From Magallana gigas (lineage: Eukaryota), in the NCBI RefSeq assembly GCF_963853765.1, contig NC_088859.1:51894001-51958000 (forward strand): 64,000 nucleotides of DNA. Reading direction: 5' to 3'. Position 1 is the first letter of the stretch. The number at the start of each line of letters is the position of its first letter. The notes under the pieces are model-generated. The model ran no database searches. It saw only the letters and a list, made by a program, of their open reading frames with translations, and had not been told where the DNA came from. Below are positions 39,401 through 52,598 of the stretch, one piece after another. Both the position numbers and the translations under genes were made by a program.

Positions 39401-42400
39401 CGTTGATCAAGAGTTTGACATTTCCCATCACTGTGTTTTGTAGAATGTGTTATCTGGTAAGACTGGTTGTGTCAATCGCCCGGCTACCTGTGTGATAACG
39501 ACTCTAAATGTCCATCACTGTACAGGTGTGACTTCTGTACACCTGTACAGGTATGTTGTCTACACAGTGCACATCAGGCAGGTTACCACTGCACATGTCA
39601 TACAAGTGTCAGAACTCTGTACACAACAGAATAAATGTCATAAAACAATTAAACACTAACAGATGATAGCAGGAAGAGAAACAAGTCCACAGTCTGAAAT
39701 AAACTCACACAGTGCAGACAAATGATAGAGAACTGCTTCAGAAGATGAAAGATGTGAATACTGCATTACCTTCAGGTCTGGTCCCTCAGCTACAGACTGG
39801 ACCCTGTCAACTGGTCCCCTGTCACAGACTGGTCCACGATTAACGGTATCCCTATCTCCAGATACACACGGAGTAATACATTCAATCAATAGAGCCTTGT
39901 AACTGTAGCCAGCTACGACAAAGAGATCTGCTGGTCTGTCTGCCGTGGCTGATATCGAGTGCTGTAGCAAACAAATCGTGGATGCTGGCCCAAAGGGAGA
40001 TAACTGTCACAGATCTGAGTATTGTACTCTCATATAACCCAGCTAATGAAACAGAAGCATGTGTATTGTGTTTGTTAACATGAGTGAATAACTTGCTGGA
40101 CTCAGCTTCAGTTGCATTGTAAAACTTAAGTACTGATGGTGATTGAAGATTGACAGGATGATTGGCATGTGTAGTAGCTGGGGAAAAAACCCCAACACAT
40201 ACTATAAAACCCAATACACAAAACCCAGTACACAAAATAATGCAATACACAAAAGATGAAATCAATGCTTACAAGGGAATAAATCCACCAAATAAAGTAA
40301 TGCCTAGCTAATATGCAAAGATGAACAATGCACAGAATAATGCCAGGATTGAAATCAATACACCAGCTAGAGCACAAGTATACACAGGCTGAGGTACTTA
40401 GGTATAATCACATGCAGTACTTTGATGACAGAAAGACAGAAGGAAGCTCAGAGACAGATGGATGAACAGAAAGATGAACAGAGTAATAGACAGTCAAAAA
40501 GTTTAATAACCTCCAGTGAGGAAATTATTTACCTCATTTACATGTGATTTGAATTGCATACTAGCATGTTTTGACAAAGTGCAGCGAGACAGGAGAAAAC
40601 TTGTTAACGAAACCGGCTCGGAGATAAACTTATCCAAGTGTTTGTTTTTTAACAGAATTAGAAAATGATGGCATGCTTGAAATAACGGGAATCTCTATCA
40701 GTAATCAGTAGACAGTTTTTGGAGGGACCTGTAGAAATGAACCGCAGCGCCCTGACAGGGCCTCAGTTTTGTTTGCACCAAGTCAGGCATTTGAATGGAG
40801 TAGGTGTAGAGCTTGTCAATTTTCTGCCCACCTGATTTCTGTGGGTCCCTTGAATACCTGTGATTAATCAGGTACAGGTAAAAATAATGTCAGATTGTAA
40901 CCAAATATTTTGTTGAAAGCTGTGATTTAATGACAAAAACCCCACAATATAATCAGACCTCCACATCAGACGGTAAAGTTGAATGCTGCAATTGCAGATT
41001 TTATTAAAATATTTAGAAGTTCGGATGATCAGAGCCTTTGGCTTGGTTAGGGTCTTAGGGAGCACCCCCCACTGGTCCTTGCACCTGTAGGAGGCATGTG
41101 TGGGCGTACCAGTCAGATAAGACGAACGCTGTAAATATGCAGCGATATAAATATCATTTTCAATTCCGAGTGTATTTATTTAAAACTTTAAACTTTTTTT
41201 ACTGTCTGTTGTTGGGGTCATTGCAGTAACCTGTGGACGCTTTGGAGCCATTGTTTCTGAGGGCGTTGGTTTTTGTGTGTCACAGAATGACCTTTGAGGT
41301 CAAACTCTTTTATCTTATAGATCCTTAAAAAAATTGAAAGAAAAGATCTAAAGTAAAAATACCGATCTCCTGAGCAGCTGATAGTTATTAGGGATACAGC
41401 GGAATGGAACTGATCTTTGCAAGGGGCTAGATCCAAACTTGTAGATAGAGAGCATTACAGGGGAAGATGTCAAAATATTTGTGTCTGTTCCATATGATGT
41501 GAGATATGATATGGTAAGGGTTTACTACACAGAGGTATTAGACTGTCGGTAGAGGCTAGATCATTGTAACAAAACAGCTGAGATATCACTGAACAGCAGG
41601 GTAATTAACTAGCCAAGGTATCAGTAAAAAACGAGACCCTCCCTGACTGGCTGACCAGAGGTCAGGCTGTACCGGTACCAGTCCCATAGAGACCTGGGGG
41701 GGGGGTGTCATCACAATGTATCTATTTGTGTCTGATACAGCCAGCACTCAGACTGAATGTCATAACACACTGCTAGCTTATTCTCTTTAACAACAGTAAG
41801 TTAGCTAGTAGTTATGAAGGGAATCTTGTTTCCATGCAGCTTCCTTTGAAGAAATATACAGAGTGAAGTAAATTCCCCATTGATCCCTGGGGTAGGGGAT
41901 CCATCCCCTGAGGTAGGGGATCCATTCCCTGGGGGAGGATCCTAGGTGTTTACCTTAGGCCATTGCAAGTTTTTTCTTTGTTTAGCGTCCACCCAAAACT
42001 CAAAAACCTATCTTTCTATCAGGGAAAAAAAACCAAAAACCTTCCTAGAAACTAGAAAATAAAAAGGAAATGACTACATCACATGACCCCAACTCATCCA
42101 TCCTGTCATAATTTTGAATTTTGAGAATCTTTTTGACAGAAAAGTTTGAGACAACTAGTCTAAGACCTGACCAGGCATCACTTACAATTGTTGTTGGTTG
42201 ATGTATCTCTTGTATGTTGTATTTTACATGTCTGATTCACTCATAGACTTGAAATCTGAAGTCATGTTTATGGTGGAGAAAAGTGCTAATGTATTTCCAT
42301 TGCTGTAGGAGCAAAACTAGTGTATTTGTTATGTCTCTAACCCCTGGTTGACTGATTCAGGGTAAAGGAAATGAAGATCCTTCATTCTAGGGAAAAGTTT

Positions 42401-45400
42401 CATAAACAATCTATAGAAATCTTTTCCTTCAGTGAATAAGACACAAGCTGTGGAGTTGACTTCTACCCAGGGTCCAGAATGAATCATATCAGGGTTACAG
42501 CATTATCCCTGGTTATTGGCCTCAGGCACAGAATACCCTGGGTGATTAGCCTCAGGACCAGGAATAAGCCATAGAAAGTCTGATGAACAAACGTTATTGT
42601 TGATACTTAATCCAGGACCTATTGCAGATAGAACTCTTTAGATAACTTAGTTATATTAATTCAACCCAACATATCCAAGGGAGGCATGCATCAAGTTGAC
42701 CAAAAATCCACTGCTTAGGTCCTCGGGGTAATCCAACCACCGTCCCTTCTCAGTACCACTGTGACTGTTATGTCTCACCGTGCCTTAATGGTTCCATCAA
42801 AGGCTCATTGGTTGTTTAGATGAAATTGCCCTGCTAGATTCCTACACTCAAAGATGACTTTTTCAGACATTTTCTGGTTTCCATTTCACAGAAATAACTT
42901 ATCTCTCCTGTCTTTTGCATGCAATCTTCCTGAGTGACTGTTCTTTCCCAAGGGTTCCCCAGTTCATTGATTTATGTGAGGCAGTGCAGGCCTTTGGGGG
43001 TGCAGTACAGAACCTGACTTCTGTCTTGCTGTGTAATCAATTTTTACATCATAATTCCTAACAAGATTCATGCAAGTAAATTAAATCTTCCAGGTTTTTT
43101 TTCAAAAGATGTTTGTTTTGATTGAGTTAATATACACGTGAGGTCTAAATGAATCATTGTGGGCTATTATTAGTATAGAAGATATCAGTGTGATGTTATT
43201 GATTTTTTCCCCTCAAATTTTGAACAGTGTCCTTGGAACAAAAAAGTGGCGCATTTGTACAGGTTTCTTATTTTAGTGAATCTTAACATTCTAGAAGAGT
43301 CGACTCAACTCAAAACTCCATGATCTTAGATGGAGGGATTCTTTGAGGATTCTTTGAGGAGTTTAAGCCAGAATGTCAGAGAATAGTCATTTCCTGTGCT
43401 TATGAATTGCGTCACCCATCTGAAGATTCAGAGATATTCAGACTTGTACTGTGTCATGGGTTTGCAGAGCAGACGAAAAGCATGGGGGGGGGGGGGCATT
43501 AAAATGTCAGGTGAGCAGAAAGGAGACTTCTTAGAAAGAAGGAAGTTTCAGTCTGAAACAGACATTGTGATAAGAGGGAGTAGCCAGGTTTTATTAAAAA
43601 CTGTGTTGTTACATGACACGATTTGAAAGACTTGTTAATCACAAGAAACATGCATTTTTTTAAATACTGTAATTGAATTTTTTTCTTCATCTATCATACA
43701 GACATTTTAAGATTGAACAAAAAAGGCATTCTGAAACATTCATGGCTTAATTTTGGGCTAAGAGGGTCTTGGGCGGGAGAAAATATTGTAATACAACCCT
43801 ATTATGACAGTTGATGTTACAAATATAACTGCTCTTTCTGCTGACTTTGTACAATTTTTGTTTTATTCCATTAGGTGCTTGAGTTTGATTGTGCAACTCC
43901 AATGTTATTGTGTGCATCTCATAACTGCATGCGTAATTCATGCAAGACATATTCGTGTCTTATTGGGCGTGGCTTTATCATGATGCTTGAAGATTTGACT
44001 CTTAAGACAGGAAGACGGTGTTATGAGGATTACTCTGCAGGGTGGGGACCATTGGTATACACGATGTGAGGGTACTTGACCTTGTGGAATTTAACGATTA
44101 CAGTCTTATCAACCAGTCAAATAACCCAGAGTTTTAACCCCACACCAGTTGGGCTTTAGCTCAGTTTGGCAGAGATTGATGCTCTGATAAAATGATATCA
44201 TTATGACAAATCCACATCTAAAATTAGGTAATGATAGCAGTTTATTTAGACAAATAGACATGAGCCTCCGAAAGGAAATTACCTACTCCCTATATCCTGA
44301 TTCATTTTTTTATTTATTTACCTGGTCACCTAAAGAAAGGTGTGTAGTTCCTCTGAATCACCTGGGAACCCAGGTGAAAGGAAGAGAGGTTGATCTTGAG
44401 GAGTGGGAACAAAAGTAGGTCAATAAATAAATCAGGTATAACAATGGAGACTTGTCCGTGGACAAATTGGAGATGTGTATCCCACAGTGGCCGAACATCC
44501 AACTTAACACCTCTAACTGGGACATTAAGATTTCTGTCACCTTGTGTTTGTCGGTGTATTCATCTTAATGAAGATGTTCACATCAAAAACTATTTAAAGT
44601 CAAGGGGTAATGCACCTCTACAATTTGATCAAAATTTATACCCATTGTACTTTCAAAATCACAGGACCAGTAAATTTATGCACACCTGTATAGAGAGCAG
44701 GTAAAAGTGCATACGTGACTGAAGTTTTGGGGGATAGACGGTAGACTCTAGAAGGCATCAAGATTAATTTTGGGCAATGAACCCTTTGGACAATTTGTGG
44801 TATTGTTTCCTCTTGTCTTAAACATGTTAAATGCTGTGACATATCCGATTAATTGGAATATAGATAGAACTAACACAAAAGAATGTTGCCTTACCTGTTA
44901 TGAGCTAATTCAATGTGTACACACTCACAGAATGTCGCTTCAATTCTCGGCTATTGCCCAAAATATGCGGCAACTTCTACAAGGCGATTTTATCTCCCCG
45001 AAAGTTTCACGTTTAAATCCACAGACAGTTTAAAAACAGCCAATAAAAAATGTTGTACCTGAGCGCAATGTTATGAAGTTGTAAATGTATGAGTCAGCTG
45101 TCATGAGTTAGTTGGGGACAATCTCTGGAGAAGGCTGTATAGAGACTATCGGAGACCTGGTCATTACCCAGACTAACACGCAAACTGTTTATCCTTCAAC
45201 ACCTCGGACGGCTCTAAGAATGTTTATGTAGACTATTACTGCTCTTTTTAAATCCCTCAGACAATGGGTTTGTGATCTACCACCACCCTGCACTGTTCTA
45301 ATTCAGATTGTCAGGAGACATACCATCTCTTCCATAGGTGTCCTCTTACTGAATTAAAATATTCTGAATGAAAAAGTCCTAACCATTAGCTCATTCCAAC

Positions 45401-48020
45401 AGGATTTTCACAATAGATAACAATAAGGAAATAAAGAGGCCACATTTAGGACTTAAGAAATCTCAACAATTGCTAACAACTATTTTGCTTGCTCTGTACA
45501 TTTTACCTTTTTTAGAGTCAGTATTTCTGAGTTGATATGCTTGGATCAAATGGCCAAATTTATCAAGGGTGATGATTTATCCGTTTTAAAATCTTTTAAG
45601 AATTCCAAAGAAAATATAAAAAAAAATTGAAAATGTGTCTTCTTCATTGAGACTGCTTCTTTTTGATATTATCTTTTTTTGGAGGAAATATATGTTGCTT
45701 TATTATTGTTTGAATTTACTTTTCTGATCCACAACAGTTAAATTCCTGAAACATAATACTTGGAGATTAGATAATCTGGAGCATTTAAAGGATGATTCAT
45801 CCTGTTAATTTATATACTGCAGGTATTACAGGTTTAACAGTGTTACTTCATTCATCTCTGGAAATAATACTCATTTACCATAATGAATAAAATATACAAT
45901 TCTAAACTGTTTACAATATTAAAATTCTACAATGCAGATTTTACGAGATAAAAAATGAAGTTGATTGTGGGTATAGAGTAAGGGATCAGTTCATATAAGA
46001 CAAGTGTTTGATGTTTGTGTGAGAAAGGTGGGGGGGGGGGGGGGGGGGGGGGGTGGCAGAGTGGACACCAGCTGTGACTCCTTGGGGGTGTTTCCATTAC
46101 CGCTTCAGTTCACAGTACAGCACCAATCAACTGTTGTCTCAACCCTAGAATATGACCATAGATGTAAGGGTAGATAACTCCTCTCATTAGCTCACTTAAT
46201 CCCTCCTTTATCAGTCATCGCTTATCTCACGTTCTTTATGTTAACACATTACAAATCAAACCTCCAAGCTAAAACCTCAAGTTTAGGGTCATTCATTCTG
46301 CCCCAAGTTAGAAGTCTGTGTAATGCACATGACTTGGTTGAGGTAGGAATCTCTGTAGAGGGTTCCTCCTGATAAGATAGCATCAGCCAGTACCCCCCCC
46401 CCCCCCCCCAACATCTCTCAATACAGGCTGATAAGCTAAGGTCTATCATTTCCTGCTTTGTTGCAATATCTTATTGCAGTAAGCTGAATTTTTAATAAGA
46501 CTTGGAAACCTGATCAATCGGAGTCAACAAACTGTTGCCTTTGTTAGTGTGCAGATGTGTGCACTGGTGCAGAATTAGCTGTGCAACAGATGGGCCCTCG
46601 GCTCATCTAATTTACATGCAATTTCACACCTTCTTTGTTAGATTCTCAATAAATTTAAGGCAATGTAAATTTTGATCATTAAATCAATTCAATTTTGTAG
46701 AATTTGTGCTTTTTAGGGTCATTGATATCCAGTGAAGATTTTGTTGTTTTTATACAATTAAGAACAGTTATGTAATCTTTTTGTAGTACCGCTACATTAG
46801 ATGGATATTATACTCTGCAAGTTCATGACAACAAAAGGTGAAGTTTCCCACATTAGGAAGACTGGGTGAATTAAATCTGGGAGGACATATTTTGTTTACA
46901 CATAGAATTGAAGGCTTTACTGAAAGAGGTTCTGAAAACAATGTCAGACTTGAAAAGACACCTTAATTACCGGGTACTTGTTTTGAAACTGAGCTCCCAG
47001 GCATCAGCAGACACAATGAGGGGGAAGGAGGCTAAATAGATTTAAATTAAATTCAGCTGAATTAATGAATTAATAATTATTAATTAATAATTAGTGTGTG
47101 TGTGTGTGGAAGAGGGGGTGTTGATTGTTGACACATTATATGTTTATTTTCATTTTTATTCACCATATGTGTGTGTAAGGGGGTGGGGGTTGACCTCTGG
47201 ATCAGGGACATTATCAGTGAACCTCTACAGGGAGATCTGCTGGTCAGTTGATTCTGATTACAGAATCTATGCATTTAGGGTACATGTATATGTCTTTTGT
47301 TATTTTCTTAAAGTAGTAAATTTAAAGACTTGTCCATAAATTGCCTGTCCTGGCAATCCGTCACAAGTACAAGTACGTATCTTTAAGAGATGGAGTAACA
47401 GAGTCAAGATATCAGTACATACTTATAGCTGCTAAATTTTATTGCATACAATGTAAGTATCGTACTATACTGTTTATATAGCGCCTCTCAGAGAATAGCT
47501 TATAATCTTAATAATGATAAAGAATGGCTGGTTATAATAACTTCCTCATTGTTCACACTGGACCCTGAGATATTGTATGGATATAACTGCCACTCAGAGA
47601 CTGCTGGCCACCCCCTCCCCCCCCCCCCCCCACCCCCGGGTCAGCTGTAACTCCTCAGGCCACCGGGACGATGTTTGTGATATACGGAGCAACAGATCCA
47701 CTTTTACGTGAGTTTTATGGCGGATGTGAGCTATTTCAGGGCAGTAAAATGTACAAGGTGTTTGTGTTGGAGTCATGATAGTGTTTGGCTTCCGGATGAT
47801 CAAAGGGAGGCGATTCCTATTTGTACGAATCCGGCCTAAATTAATTCTCTTTAATTAGTGCATCAAAAGTAATATAAGAATTATTTATTCAAAAGGTCCA
47901 GTCAACACTGCTACAAATGCTAGCCTAGGGAGCGAATTTTATGTATTGTTTGCAAAATGAATAATTTATTAAATATCAATTTACATGTTTGTCTGAAAAA
48001 AAAAAATGGAATTATCATGT

Positions 48021-50290
48021 GGGTCATTCTCAAAAAAGGTGGTATTGGGTTGTTCAAGGGCACTAGAAAGTATAATCCTTGATTTTTGCCAAGTTTCACT
48101 TTTGTGCTACCTTTGGATATATATTAGCATACATATTGGCACATAAACAGTTAATTCTAACAAAATCTTAAAAATTTAGAAAGTTTATAAGTTGATTTTT
48201 TCACATTATTTGACTGTTCCCACTCAGAGTTTGCGACTTTAAATAGGTTTTGTAAGGTAGTAAGACCATTTTTTATTAAAATAATAGGGTCAAGAGATAA
48301 AAGGTAAGTAAAATACCTCTCTCAAACAAAAAGACGAAGAAAATATATGAACAATAATTTTCAGCGAGATCAAGTTTGTCTGTACATGTTTTTATATCCA
48401 TGGTGTAACGAAACAAAATATTGGTGTGTAAGAGTTGCTATTCTTAGTAATTTGAAAGATAATTGATGCCTCCTTATTCCCATCGTATAGCTATAAACAA
48501 TGATAGAAGACAAAATAGCTGAAGATGAAATTTACTCAATTTTTTTAATGATAAGTAAGTAGAAATAAATGTGTAACTTTTTATATTGTCTTTGGGCTAA
48601 CAGGAAATACTTAGGAAAAAGAAATATTTAGACACTCTGGAAAACAGACAAACTATTGCTATGTGTTGTTGTAGCAGATAATATGCTCTTTTACTCTGAG
48701 GGAGCAGTAATCATTTAGCAGAGACAAGTTAATTCACAAATATGTCCTTTGTGTAACAGTCCTTGGTGTAACAAGAACAAAAAGTTACACCATAGACTAT
48801 CACTGTTATCCCAGAGACTATAACTTACATACTTTATTTTTTTGGGAAAGATATGATGAAATTATTCAATAAATATATCACAATGTATCACATTTGTTAG
48901 TTTATGCTTATATATAATGTTGAAGCATCTGTTTGCTGTAGATCTAGATTATTTCTCAATCATGCAATATTTTGTTACTCCAAAGACACATACAATTAAC
49001 ACCAAGGACATAAGACCTAAAATATTCATTTAAAAAAAAATCAGCATTGTCAAATCAAATCAAATTTATCAATTCAAGTATAATTAATATTGAATTTGAT
49101 ATTGGACTTACAGCTTAAGCCAAATTTTCCCTAAAAAATATTATTTGACTTTAAACAAAATGTGTTACCAAGGACTTTTAATGTTACACAAAAGAGTATT
49201 TCAATTCCCATGCATATATTTTTGATAGAAAAATTAATAAAACAAGTATTGTATAAATACATTTTATGACAGATTATGCAATGTAGTATAATAAAATACT
49301 AAAATTATTCATCAACTAGATAAAATGGTGTCCATGGTGTAACATGTTGTGTCTTTTGTATAACAAACTTAAATTTTACGCCTGAACTTGTAGAGAATAA
49401 CAGTAACATGTATAATATATCCGCTGAAAAGTGCATTTGGTAATTTTGAATTCATTTAAAATACATTCAAGCTTTCAAAACAAATTGAAATATTAAAACT
49501 TTGATTCTTATAACAGACAATGTCCATGGTGTAGCATAAGTGTTCTTGGTGAAACATACTGGAACTAAATTGTGTAAATAATTTGACTTTAGGGGCACTT
49601 TTATGCACATTGATAATGATTACTGTTAAATATATGCATTCATAAGTTATAGCTATGAAAACATTCAGCTGTCTCTATTTTGAAATCTGATATTTTTGTG
49701 TTTAAATAAAGGTTGTCCTTGGTATAACATTTGGACCAACAATAATTGTCCTTAGTGTAACATCCCTTATTTTGTTTTTATTTTCAAAGATTTTTCAAGA
49801 AATATTGAGGTTTTTTCACTTAAGATTATTTTTCATGTCACTTACAAGTGTCTCCCAAAAAAAAATCAGACATTAAATGGAGAAGAAGTTTTCAGTGTGC
49901 CATACAATGTCATGAGATAGATGCATATTTCTCATTCACAAACCAAATATGAAAAATTAAGGAAAATACATTATCAAATTCTTGTTTTATGATTAAGTTC
50001 AAGAAAAACTTCAAAAAAGTTAACTTTAACACCAAACCAAATGCATGAACAATAAGATTTAATGAAATTTATGAATATTTCTTATGCGTTACACCAAAGA
50101 CTGTTTTCTTTTCATGTGGTTGTAAATATCATATTTTTATAGATTTTCATTTGATGTACTGTTGGCATATTTTAGCAAACAAACATCATGATATGCCCAA
50201 TACAAACTATGATAAATTCAATCTGGTTGTAAGTACTTTGTTTTTAAACAAGTGGTACTTGACAAAATCCACCTTTTTTGAGAATGACCC
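48021..50290. mobile_element. 2.27-kb non-autonomous TIR DNA transposon (GGG...CCC ends, 4-bp TSD; Sola2-like by termini)
   Basis: Perfect 22-bp TIR GGGTCATTCTCAAAAAAGGTGG / CCACCTTTTTTGAGAATGACCC. ATGT duplicated at 48017-48020 and 50291-50294. No transposase ORF. Confidence 0.85.
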
Positions 50291-50378
50291 ATGTAATGAA
50301 TTCTTTGCGACAAATATGGAAATAAAAACGACTGCCTCCAAACGCATAGCAGGGAAGAAAGAGACAAGTGGCATTATT

Positions 50379-50383
<5 letters not shown>

Positions 50384-50456
<73 letters not shown>
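50384..50456. repeat. (CT)n microsatellite
   Basis: Direct observation. Confidence 0.95.
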
Positions 50457-50457
<1 letters not shown>

Positions 50458-51911
50458 GCACCAATATATGTTTTCAAAAGGCACCCTTTTGGTTTCTAGC
50501 TAATCCAACCTTTTCAAATAATTTTTTTTTCATGAGTTTTTATCAAGTAATGCATATACGAGTTTTGTTATTGGCCAAAACCTACAGGAATGTATACTAT
50601 AGTATACCATCAGCATGCTGTTGTTGAAAAAGGAAATTTTGCTATGTAATGCTGAGACTGAGAGAATAAACTATCCATAGATTGCCATTGAAATACTAGT
50701 ACATCTCAGTCGCGTCATGAAGGGGTTCCAAGTACTCATTAACTGCTCTCTACATACGGGTGTGGGCAGATAAAACAATATCAGAACTGATTGATTATCA
50801 AAAAAGAGATACATCGTATAGAACTGTTGCTTGTAACAGCCAGAAGAAAGAAACGTACCCACATATTGTATTAGGAATAACGAGAATCGTTTTAATCAAA
50901 TAAAAAAGACATGAATTGGAAAATGTTGTCGAACGCTCCTTTAAAATGTTTCAAATCACGTGACCAAGGGAACAGTCATTAATTCATTTTTAATTCTTGC
51001 AGATAGTATCATGTGTTTATTTGATGATACTTTCATCTCCAGAAAATGTTTGATATTATTTCCAATGTTAATCCAGTAGTTTTAAGTTAAACTTCCACAC
51101 ACAAACATATTTTATCATGTCAACAAATATATGTATTACTCTTGTGAGTTATTAAATAAGGTTGTTTACCATGCACACCTATTTGTTTGTGATTGAACGT
51201 TTTGCATGATTTATAATGCCTTGACAATAAACACGCTTCTGACCTTGGGCTTAGCGTGCTTCAGGGCGGGGGAATATGTAATCTCCGGCTCGGCAGTTGG
51301 CGCCTTCATCGACATCACGTGATTTGATGTCATCTGAAATTATCAGAAACATACGCAGTTGTATGATATTGACGATCTATCATATGTATTAAAGCTGAAG
51401 TTTTATTCATGATGCCGTATATATAACCAAACCTGCATGGAGACTACGAGTCTAAATGCAGTTCCTAAAAGCTTTGCAATTTCAGAAATGGACCCGAGGG
51501 ATGAACAATTTCCACGCATTTTAAGCGGGGAATTCAGGCCCAAAGTAGAATCGCCAGCTTAATTACATGTTTCCAACATCTCAAACGATTCTAAATCAAT
51601 GTTGCAGGCAGTGTTTTCACAAAACTCAGTAGATAACAGGCTATTTGTGCACTTCAAACTCAGAAACAGTGCAAGTATATTGATCTGTATTTGTTGATAC
51701 ATGCAAATACCACGCATGGTTGATTGATTTTTTGGGCCGTTTGAGGTGAATTTTAAATGGAACGATTGAAATATTGCAGTTGCTGCCTTACTCATATTGT
51801 TTTTATTTCGAAAAGAACGTAGAAAGTGAACAGTTCTGATGACGAGAAAAGTAATAAATATATCAACGTAGTAAAGTTTTGAGAAGAATCGAGTCCTTAG
51901 AAAAAACTTAC

Positions 51912-52110
51912 CTCAGCATGGAAAATGACCATTCTCGGACGGTCCGGTTTCCTTGGTAACACTCCCCGCTGTCGGATACACCCGGAAGAACCGAAACATT
52001 GGTGGATCGCTGATAGAAATGTTTCTATGAGTCACGGGCCGAATCCCACATCGATTTCGATCACCTATTGATCTCCTGCTGATGTATCCAGCGAGGACTA
52101 TGCTGGTGTT
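51912..52110 (-). other. Candidate first exon of the 4.1 gene (could encode MVIFHAE, phase 0)
   Basis: CpG-rich patch ending in a strong donor GAG|GTAAGT at 51912/51911. Phase is compatible with the exon starting at 32820. Linkage across about 19 kb is inferred. Confidence 0.45.
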
Positions 52111-52294
52111 CCATCATCCAGTTGTTGCTTTTTAATGTCACAAACTATGCCATATTAATTGTGTGTGTTTTTAGAGATGGTATGGCGAGGGGGGGCCTTT
52201 CCTATATTGTTTTTGTTGTTGTTTTTTGCAATTTTGTTGTTCATGCTTGAGGTACATGTACTTCCCATTTTCTTGCATTGTACAGATAATGTTA

Positions 52295-52297
<3 letters not shown>

Positions 52298-52360
<63 letters not shown>
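52298..52360. repeat. (CT)n microsatellite between the divergent first exons
   Basis: Direct observation. Confidence 0.95.
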
Positions 52361-52365
<5 letters not shown>

Positions 52366-52598
52366 TTAAAATATTTATCTCGCGATGAAATGATATTTCT
52401 GTCGGATAAGTTTTAAAACTTTAACTACATACTACGCTAGATGAACATCGCAGTAACATAATTGGATTAAATGATTCAAATTCATGTTTACATTACACAT
52501 TTTCTGTCGATTTTTGTATCCCAAATTCTGTAATTGGCTGTCTTTGCTGTCATATCCATGACAGATCCGTAACTAACCCTTCACACCGAGCATTGTCC

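Noticed and set aside
44140-44190. TAGCTCAGTTTGGCAGAG A-box-like sequence
   Set aside because: No B-box or stems follow; too fragmentary to call.
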